DNA from: an uncultured Oscillospiraceae bacterium
Lineage (GTDB): Bacteria > Bacillota > Clostridia > Oscillospirales > Oscillospiraceae
Length of the DNA: 64,000 bases
Reading direction: 5' to 3'
Assembly: GCA_902489545.1 (NCBI GenBank)
Contig: CABUAK010000001.1
Coordinates: forward strand, 31,948-95,947
Below, piece after piece: positions 57,801 through 64,000 of this stretch. A program made the position numbers and the translations under genes. Each line of letters begins with the position of its first letter. Position 1 is the stretch's first letter. The notes beneath the pieces were generated by a model that had not been told where the DNA came from, did no database searches, and saw only the letters and a list, made by a program, of their open reading frames with translations.

Positions 57801-60800
57801 GCTTTACCCAGACCAACACCCTGCTTATCAAGCACCAGCGGGATTCAAAAACCTATCTCCACACCATCAACCCCTATTTGATTGAGGACACCTATCCCGA
57901 GGGGCGGGGCGCCATTCGGAGTACCGACACCCTCTACCAGTACCGGCTGTCCCTGATCCGCAATGCCGCCGCCATCACGGTACGCATCAGCGATCAGAAT
58001 CAGAAGGAACTGTATACGGGCACGGTCTTTCAGCAGGCCAACAGCGCCTACTACTACACCAATGGCGGCCAGTGGATGGATACGGCGTCCTCCTACACGA
58101 TGAACCGCAAGGTATCCTCCCTGGGCGCGGAGGAGGGCGACGTGCTGACGGTCAGTGTCATCGCTATTCCTGAGTACTATGAGGACGGCGGCGCTATAAG
58201 CGAGGAGAACGTGGAGCAGCTTGTGGCCTCCGGCGCGCTGGGAGAAGGGGCCTATCTGACCACCACCCTGACGGTGGACAATACAGCCCCCGTTATGACA
58301 AATATCTCCAAAGATTTGGAAACCGGCAACCTCACCGTGACGGCTCAGGATAACAACTATGTGGCTGCCGTGCGGGTTTTGAACAGCGCCGGGGCGACAG
58401 TCCTGGCTACTGCCGCCGCCCAGCAGGACGCGGCTGGCGGGGAGGCCACCGCAGTGGTGGATCTGACGAACAGTAAGATCGGCCCCACCTGCAAGGTGCT
58501 GGTGGCGGACTACGCAGGGAACGAGACGGTGTACACCGTGGATTACGGCGGGGAGCCAGAGGACTATACCGGCCGGATGTACGGCTTTACCAGTTCCACC
58601 TACCGGGGCGGCGGCGACCGCTGGCTGGAAATTCAGCCTGAGAAACTCTGCTACAGCAGTGACACCGCTTGCGACGGCACGGTGAACCTGGACGCGATGG
58701 ATGTGCTTGTTACCGCAGCGGAATATGTGGACGGGTATGTGTACATGGCCGCCGATGACGGGATGCTCTATGCGGCCAAGCAGGGGGAGTGGGGCTATAT
58801 TTCCCCTGTGGGACCCCTGCAGGAGGGCGCGGTGGTGAAGGATATGGCCTTCAACTACCAAAACAACACCCTGTACGCCCTGGATAACGCCAATGGAATT
58901 TACACGGTGGATCTGGTGACGGGGGAGATGCTCCCGGCCTTCACCGTGACCGTGGTCAACCCCAAGGTGACGAGTGCCAGCAATGCCAAGTATGAAGTGC
59001 TGGCCAACCTGGCCATTGACGACGCGGGGAATTTCTACGCTGTGACCGTGGGCAACTATACCTACTACTCTTTCCTCTACAAATGGTCCCTTGCGGATGT
59101 GGCAGGGGGGACTGCGGAACTCGTCCCGGTTCTGGGTGCGGATGACAAGAACGGCCATACCGGCTACTACACCGGGTTTGGTGCCCTGGCCTGGGACCAC
59201 GACAGCGATCAGCTATACTGGGCCACCGCCACTGACCAGGCGAACCGCTTTAAGACCGGACAGTCCAACCGTCTGCTGCGCATTGACACGGAAACAGGCG
59301 CGGCGGAGAAGGTGAACCCGGACTACTGCCTGGGGAAATATCCGAACATTGAGTGCTCCCAGTTCTACGTGGGCATAACGGGCCTCTACATAGTCCCCTC
59401 CGGCTCCGGAGAGATTGCCCCGGCGGAGGAGGCCACTAAGATTACCATCAGTGAGGAGAGCCTGGATCTTCTGCAGGGCTCCGCATATGCTCTGTCGGCC
59501 ACCGTGTTCCCCTGGACCCTGTCCGACAGTTCCGTTACCTGGACGACCGACAATCCTGCCGTGGCCACGGTGGAGGATGGGTTTGTGATGGCCGTTGGCG
59601 TGGGTGAGACAGAAATTACCGCCACCACCAATGCGTCTCCCCGACTCAGTATCTCCTGCCGCGTCACCGTGTCGGAGTTGGAGCCCATCACCCTCAGCGC
59701 CATGCTCTACGATGTGAACGGCTATACCTCCTGGATGGAGTTTGAGACCAATGAGCCGGCCAACTGGCGGACCTTTGCCGCCGGAGAGGTGGATCTCTAC
59801 GCCGGTGCCCTGCTGGAGGGCATGGTTTACGGTCACAACGGCGAGAACCTCTACCGTTTTGATCCCGACACCTTTGAAACCACCAATCTGGGCCCCATCT
59901 CCTCCTCCTGGATTTGGTCCGACGCAGCTCCGGCCCCCGCTATGGAGGGCGGCTACTTCGACCGCCTGGTGGGCCTCTGCAATGGCGGCACCTACCTGGA
60001 GATGCTGAACCCGGAAGAGGGGAATCTTACCTACTTCAACCTGAGCAGTACCTTTATCAGCGATCCCCTAGCGGCTATCGCCTATGTGGAGAGCGGCCTC
60101 TATGACGGGGAGTATCCTGCCGCCTACTACTATGTGCTGACGGAAAGTGGGGAGTTGTGGGACTTTACCCTGTATACCAAGGATGACGGGAAGGGTTACA
60201 GCGCCTCCTACACGGATTTGGGTAATGTGGGCCTGGATCTTACCGGAGTGTCCGACGTGGCGGGCGGGGCCTACGCCTCCATGGTGTACGACAGTACTTC
60301 CGGCTATCTGCTTCTCTCCTCCTATGCCGGGGAGAGCGTGAACCGGCTGTACGCCATTGATCTGGATTGGATGACCTATGCGCCCCTGGGTGATTTTGGA
60401 GAGGGCAACTGGCCCGTTGTCTCCCTGTATGAGTACGAGCGGGTGACGGAACTGACGGTGCGTCTGCGGCCCACCCATGCGGCCGTCTACGAGAAGGATA
60501 CCCTGGAACTGTCCGGAAGGGTGCTGCCCACCGCCTATTCCAACGAAATCATTTGGAGCAGCGGCGATGAGAGCATTGCCACCGTGGATGAAAACGGCGT
60601 GGTGACAGGCATCAGCGAGGGCACGGTGGAGATTACCGCCACCTCGGTGGATCGGGACGCGCTGGGGCAGAACGCCTCCGCCTCCTGCTCGGTGACAGTG
60701 AAGCCTCTGATGGATGTGGGGGCGGAACTCATCGCACAGATTACCGACGACACAGGCACCTACTGGGCCCGCATTGATACCAGCGACACAGAGTCTCCGG

Positions 60801-62848
60801 AATATCTGGCGGAGGCAGAGGTGGAACTGACGGCCGGCGGTGAGCACGAGGGCAAGATCTACGGCATCGATGGGGACTACCAGAGCGCGTGCAGCATCTG
60901 GATGGTAGACCCGGAGGAGGACTATAAGGCCTATCTGGGCGCCGGGTGCTCTGTCAGCTACAGCTTCCTGGATGTGGCCGCCGCTCCCGCCATGGATCTC
61001 AGCGGAACCAGTTCAGCGGGCGAAGCCATTGTGGTGGACGCCTTTAACGGCCCCCTCTTCCTCTCCAATGCCCGCACCCTGGTGTACCTGAAGGACTATG
61101 AGAAGGGCAGCATATATGTCACCAGCTTTGATATCGCCCGCAAGCATCCCGATATCGCCGCCCTTGCCTTCCTGGGTACAACGACCTATGGCAAGGCACT
61201 TAAGCCGGCCCAGGACTACCTGGCTCTCTGCGCGGACGGTACTTTGGTCAAATATGAGATCTACGCGACCTATAACACCAGTGAGGACAGTATCGGCTAT
61301 ACCCTGCGCCAGAAGGATGTGGGCAACGTGGGGATGAAGTTCAGGGAGGATACGGCTCTGTCCATGGTCTATGTCAACGACGGTGTCAATACGGGCCTGA
61401 TCGTGGCATATTCCGACGAATTGGCGGAGTTGTATTACATTGATCTGACAGCCCCCGTCCTTACCATCGGCAAACTGGGCAATGTGGGTGATGCCACCGC
61501 CATTGCCGCTCCCTACGTGGAGGGCAATCCCCCGGAGAATGACGCCTACCCCTACAGCCTGGGCGATGTTGTGCTGGATGGCACCGATACGGTCTGCTCC
61601 GCGCCCATCTCCTATGCCGAGGATCTTGATACAGCCATGGAGACCTGGGACTTGGAGGAGGAGGAACTGGATGGGGAGGTCTGGGAGGTCAATACCGACC
61701 CGACGTTCTTCGAGGCCTTCGATTTCTCCGACGACGCCGACATGGCACCGGACAGCTGGGAGCCGGAAGAGAATTTGGAAGAAAACTCTGATGAAAAGCC
61801 CGAAGAGGACGGCTGGGTGGACGGGGATACCCCGGCGCCCGGCAATATCCCCATCGGCGGCCTCCAGGCGCTCAAGGGCGTGGTACAGAACAATCTTTCT
61901 GCCAAACGGGTGTCCCTGCAGCTGACGGAGGATATGGATACTACCAACGGCCTTCTGGAACTCTCCTACAACCCCGCTGTGCTGACCTACGAGGGCCTGG
62001 CGGCCTGCGCGGATCAGCAGGCTGTCTCCGTGGATGCCGGGGCCGGTGTAATCCGGTTCGCCTACGCCTCCGGTGGTGCGATCCGCTCCGGGAATGTCCT
62101 GGCCACGGTCCGCTTTACCTATGCCGGGGATTCCGTGGATACACGGGTTACAGTCAAAACCTTGCAGCGGGGCAGCAACACCTCCGTCAAGGAGCGCCCT
62201 GTTACAATTGACGTGACCTGCGGCGGTGACGAACACACCCACACGCCCTCCAGACCCTCCCAGGGTACAGAGGAGCCTGCCACTCCGGTTACACCGGATA
62301 TCCCCGCCGTACCCTCTGTCAGCTTCCTGGATGTGGCGGAAGGTGCCTGGTACTATGACGCTGTGGTCTATATGGTGAGCAATGGCTACATGAATGGGGT
62401 TTCCGATGCCCACTTCGATCCCAATGGCCAACTCAGCCGCGCTATGCTGGCTACGCTGTTCCACCGTCTGTCCGGTGGAGAACTTGCCGGTAGCGCGAAT
62501 CCCTTTACCGATATTCCCGTGGACGCCTGGTACGCCAGAGCGGTAAATTGGGCCGCGGCAAATGGTATTCTGCTGGGTACCAGCGACACCACCTTCAGTC
62601 CCGGCCAGGTGGCCACGCGGGAGATGGTGGTTACGGTGCTCTACCGCTACGCCAAAGCTGAGCCCGTTGCCGAAGATCATCTGTCCGCCTTTATGGATGC
62701 TGAAACGGTCTCCGGCTGGGCGCGGGACGCTGTGAATTGGGCCGTTGCGGAGGGATATCTCCAGGGCAGCGCCGGTATGCTGAATCCCAGGGGCGTCATG
62801 ACCCGGGCGGAGATGGCCCAGCTACTGATGAATTTCCTGAGGAAGTAA
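54881..62848 (+). CDS. Giant (2655-aa) SLH-anchored subtilisin-like (S8) multidomain cell-surface serine protease
   Basis: Signal peptide; I9-like propeptide; S8 triad motifs (VAVIDTGTD, HGSHVAGIA, GTSMAAPQVAG) with a PA-domain insertion; Big_2 Ig-like repeats; Asp-rich dockerin/EF-hand-like loops (DLDGDGDTDADD, DVDGDGAVTTYD); acidic linker; a cohesin-like beta-sandwich; three C-terminal SLH domains. Confidence 0.85.
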   Translation: MKKHLGIRLLSIALVTVLLCGYTAPLASASSGGDSVDLRFTPLEENDQESSVMAEAVAEEIEETPDYADTDMVRVSIVLDGQSTLEAGYPAQDIAENRSAMTFRAKVRSRQETVISHISQEALGGKELDVVWNITLAANIISANVPFGALEDISAVDGVSSVVLERRYEPCVVDREEADDPHMATSTGMTGANAAWAAGYTGAGSRIAVIDTGTDTDHQSFSDEGFAYALAQQAQTEGKELDAYLEELDLLDVEEIADKLSQLNIAATMDGKNFEVSRLYLTSKLPFAFNYVDKSLDVAHDNDSAGEHGSHVAGIALANRYIPSGNGTFQNALESVKTQGAAPDAQLITMKVFGKMGGAYESDYMVAIEDAIILGCDAVNLSLGSGSPGWSRNGDDVYQAILEGLADSGIVATMSAGNSGTWMENSYSPTGYLYADDVSMTTTGTPGTSANSLSVASVDNAGYTGMYIKSGESIIFYTESASYSNEPIHTLVGERDYVLIDGYGTEEDFAALGDALRGKIAICSRGGSVSFYVKANNAVKAGAIGVIVYNNTTGTINMDLSDYEYTAPCVSITQADGALLKANATAVNGHYEGTFTISDEIASVAYEQAHYTMSDFSSWGVPGSLTIKPEITAPGGSIYSINGAASGGQAYETMSGTSMAAPQVAGMVALAAEYIRETGLEARTGLTSRQLIQSLLMSTSVPLIEEASGSYWSLLKQGSGLANISALLSADSFITMGADATDSYADGKVKAELGDDPGRTGAYRFTFALHNMEETAQRYVFSSDFFTQDLFTQDGISYLDTATTALGASVRYTVDGVTYVPSAARVICDLDGDGDTDADDAQFILESVVDPSVSVAPEGDVDGDGAVTTYDAYLILRDLETGSVLVEAGESVEVAVEIVLPKAVKAQLDAAYPSGAYVEGYVFAAPVSTDEGTVAATHSIPVLGFYGSWTDASMYDRITYTDYLYGDTTASYLGFTQTNTLLIKHQRDSKTYLHTINPYLIEDTYPEGRGAIRSTDTLYQYRLSLIRNAAAITVRISDQNQKELYTGTVFQQANSAYYYTNGGQWMDTASSYTMNRKVSSLGAEEGDVLTVSVIAIPEYYEDGGAISEENVEQLVASGALGEGAYLTTTLTVDNTAPVMTNISKDLETGNLTVTAQDNNYVAAVRVLNSAGATVLATAAAQQDAAGGEATAVVDLTNSKIGPTCKVLVADYAGNETVYTVDYGGEPEDYTGRMYGFTSSTYRGGGDRWLEIQPEKLCYSSDTACDGTVNLDAMDVLVTAAEYVDGYVYMAADDGMLYAAKQGEWGYISPVGPLQEGAVVKDMAFNYQNNTLYALDNANGIYTVDLVTGEMLPAFTVTVVNPKVTSASNAKYEVLANLAIDDAGNFYAVTVGNYTYYSFLYKWSLADVAGGTAELVPVLGADDKNGHTGYYTGFGALAWDHDSDQLYWATATDQANRFKTGQSNRLLRIDTETGAAEKVNPDYCLGKYPNIECSQFYVGITGLYIVPSGSGEIAPAEEATKITISEESLDLLQGSAYALSATVFPWTLSDSSVTWTTDNPAVATVEDGFVMAVGVGETEITATTNASPRLSISCRVTVSELEPITLSAMLYDVNGYTSWMEFETNEPANWRTFAAGEVDLYAGALLEGMVYGHNGENLYRFDPDTFETTNLGPISSSWIWSDAAPAPAMEGGYFDRLVGLCNGGTYLEMLNPEEGNLTYFNLSSTFISDPLAAIAYVESGLYDGEYPAAYYYVLTESGELWDFTLYTKDDGKGYSASYTDLGNVGLDLTGVSDVAGGAYASMVYDSTSGYLLLSSYAGESVNRLYAIDLDWMTYAPLGDFGEGNWPVVSLYEYERVTELTVRLRPTHAAVYEKDTLELSGRVLPTAYSNEIIWSSGDESIATVDENGVVTGISEGTVEITATSVDRDALGQNASASCSVTVKPLMDVGAELIAQITDDTGTYWARIDTSDTESPEYLAEAEVELTAGGEHEGKIYGIDGDYQSACSIWMVDPEEDYKAYLGAGCSVSYSFLDVAAAPAMDLSGTSSAGEAIVVDAFNGPLFLSNARTLVYLKDYEKGSIYVTSFDIARKHPDIAALAFLGTTTYGKALKPAQDYLALCADGTLVKYEIYATYNTSEDSIGYTLRQKDVGNVGMKFREDTALSMVYVNDGVNTGLIVAYSDELAELYYIDLTAPVLTIGKLGNVGDATAIAAPYVEGNPPENDAYPYSLGDVVLDGTDTVCSAPISYAEDLDTAMETWDLEEEELDGEVWEVNTDPTFFEAFDFSDDADMAPDSWEPEENLEENSDEKPEEDGWVDGDTPAPGNIPIGGLQALKGVVQNNLSAKRVSLQLTEDMDTTNGLLELSYNPAVLTYEGLAACADQQAVSVDAGAGVIRFAYASGGAIRSGNVLATVRFTYAGDSVDTRVTVKTLQRGSNTSVKERPVTIDVTCGGDEHTHTPSRPSQGTEEPATPVTPDIPAVPSVSFLDVAEGAWYYDAVVYMVSNGYMNGVSDAHFDPNGQLSRAMLATLFHRLSGGELAGSANPFTDIPVDAWYARAVNWAAANGILLGTSDTTFSPGQVATREMVVTVLYRYAKAEPVAEDHLSAFMDAETVSGWARDAVNWAVAEGYLQGSAGMLNPRGVMTRAEMAQLLMNFLRK

Positions 62849-62972
62849 AAACCCCGGGCGGGGCAAAACCAGCGGGGCTGGGAAACATTTGTTTCCCAGC
62901 CCCGCTCTGGCTGCCAAGCGTATGGGTGGATCCGCGGCACTGCGGCCTTCTGTTGCCAATACGTTCAGATCC

Positions 62973-63767
62973 CTATTTAGGTTCATTTTTGGAGTAGTGG
63001 GCTAAAAAGCGCCTGGTGCGTTCCTCCCTGGGGTGGTCGAACACCGCCGCTGGGGGGCCCTGCTCCACGATAACACCCTCGTCCATGAAAAGGATCTGGT
63101 CAGCGACCTCCCGGGCAAATTCCATCTCATGGGTGACGATAATCATGGTCATATCCCGCTCCGCCAGGGAGCGGATGACCCGCAGCACCTCGCCGGTGAG
63201 TTCCGGGTCCAGGGCGGAGGTGGGCTCGTCGAAACAGAGGATGTCCGGGTTCAGTGCCAGGGCCCGGGCAATGGCTACCCGCTGCTGCTGGCCACCGGAG
63301 AGTTGGTGGGGGTAACTGTCCATCCGGTTTTGCAGTCCCACCTGGCCCAGAAGAGCCGTCCCCGTCTCCCGGATCTCCTGGAGAATGGCTCTCTTCTCAG
63401 CTTTGTAGTCCGGCCGCTCACGCGCCAGCAGCTGCGGCGCCAGCATCACGTTCTCCAGAGCGGTGTACTGGGGGAAGAGGTTGAAGTTCTGGAACACCAG
63501 TCCAAAATGGAGCCGCTTGCGGCGAATCTGTTCCTCACTCTGGGTGGCGGGGTCCGAGGCGTCGAATAGGATCTGATTTCCCACAGAGATAATGCCCCGG
63601 TCCGGGGTTTCCAAAAAGTTCAAACACCGCAGCAGCGTGGTCTTACCGCTTCCGGAGGAGCCGATGATGGCCAGGGACTGCCCCTGCTCCAGGGTGAAAC
63701 TGATATCCCGCAAAACTTCTGTACTGCCAAAGTGCTTTTCAATTTTTTCAACCTGTAAAATTGCCAT
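62973..63767 (-). CDS. Polar amino acid ABC transporter ATP-binding protein (GlnQ/ArtP-like)
   Basis: Walker [10 protein letters not shown], signature [15 protein letters not shown], Walker [13 protein letters not shown]; ATG at 63767 after GAGAGGAG. Confidence 0.85.
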   Translation of the reverse strand: MAILQVEKIEKHFGSTEVLRDISFTLEQGQSLAIIGSSGSGKTTLLRCLNFLETPDRGIISVGNQILFDASDPATQSEEQIRRKRLHFGLVFQNFNLFPQYTALENVMLAPQLLARERPDYKAEKRAILQEIRETGTALLGQVGLQNRMDSYPHQLSGGQQQRVAIARALALNPDILCFDEPTSALDPELTGEVLRVIRSLAERDMTMIIVTHEMEFAREVADQILFMDEGVIVEQGPPAAVFDHPREERTRRFLAHYSKNEPK

Positions 63768-63781
63768 GCCGTCAACTCCTC

Positions 63782-64000
63782 TCATCGGAAATAGGACAGC
63801 CGCTTTTCGCACCAGCCGAGAAGCAGCGTCAGCAGCCCATTCACTGCCAGATAGAAAACCGCGGTATAAAACAGGGGCCACATCAGGCCCTTTTTTATAA
63901 AGGATTCCCCCATCCAGATAATCTCGTAAACAGAGATAACCCGCACCAGGGCGGTGTCCTTCACCAGGGTGATCAGTTCATTGCCCATGGGGGGAACGAT
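63782..64000 (-). CDS. Amino acid ABC transporter permease (C-terminal part; gene continues beyond the window edge)
   Basis: C-terminus typical of His/Gln-type permeases ([43 protein letters not shown]); the reading frame stays open to base 64000. Confidence 0.7.
   Translation of the reverse strand: MVPPMGNELITLVKDTALVRVISVYEIIWMGESFIKKGLMWPLFYTAVFYLAVNGLLTLLLGWCEKRLSYFR

Noticed and set aside
54857-62680. Several long minus-strand ORFs (617, 451, 555 aa and others) inside the giant protease gene
   Set aside because: All are antisense to a continuous 2655-codon ORF with clear S8, Big_2 and SLH domains; composition-driven.
1-64000. Search for CRISPR arrays, tRNA or rRNA genes and prophage blocks
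   Set aside because: No regularly spaced direct repeats, no cloverleaf-compatible sequences in intergenic regions and no rRNA-like segments were seen. The only tandem or dispersed repeats are the fmt-associated 70-mer and the operator-like motifs.

Overview
This 64-kb window is high-GC (about 62-65%) chromosomal DNA from a spore-forming Firmicute of the class Clostridia (the gene content looks Oscillospiraceae/Ruminococcaceae-like). Nearly all genes lie on the + strand.

The conserved core gene order runs from about 0 to 36 kb. In window order: scpA/scpB, DUF2953, ytfJ(gerW), a DacB-like DD-carboxypeptidase, rluB, an RpiR regulator, a BaiN-like flavoprotein, cmk, plsC, an ispH-rpsA fusion, carD, ispD, ispF, DUF1858, trmK, a Nif3-family protein, yebC, a DUF3343 plus class-V aminotransferase pair, a leaderless Cu/Zn SOD on the - strand, cdaA/cdaR, an RseC-like protein, a DUF5685/J-domain pair, yicC, remA, gmk, rpoZ, priA, def, fmt, a zinc metallopeptidase, rsmB, rlmN, a PP2C phosphatase, a PASTA kinase, rsgA, an unannotated 26-codon spoVM, and a SpoVID/SipL-like LysM protein.

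From about 36.4 to 46.4 kb the composition becomes mosaic (35-60% GC) and looks like an accessory region. It holds a 620-bp AT-rich stretch with no ORF, a divergent GntR/HutC regulator (42% GC), and a non-PTS galactosamine/tagatose-type sugar locus with a GlcNAc-kinase-like BadF ATPase, a double-SIS isomerase/deaminase, a GH4 glycosidase, a GPH symporter, KbaZ/GatZ and a KbaY/GatY aldolase. A 55-codon N-terminal fragment of a serine recombinase follows, still carrying an intact promoter and RBS, and then a truncated or frameshifted ion-transporter permease.

The rest of the window carries pcrA, a DUF4358 lipoprotein, an MBOAT acyltransferase, a DHHW protein, an ArsR-like regulator with a large unknown N-terminal domain, a 2655-aa SLH-anchored subtilisin-like (S8) multidomain surface protease, and a convergent amino-acid ABC transporter (an ATPase plus a partial permease).

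I found no rRNA, tRNA or CRISPR array. Several very long antisense ORFs are GC-driven artefacts.
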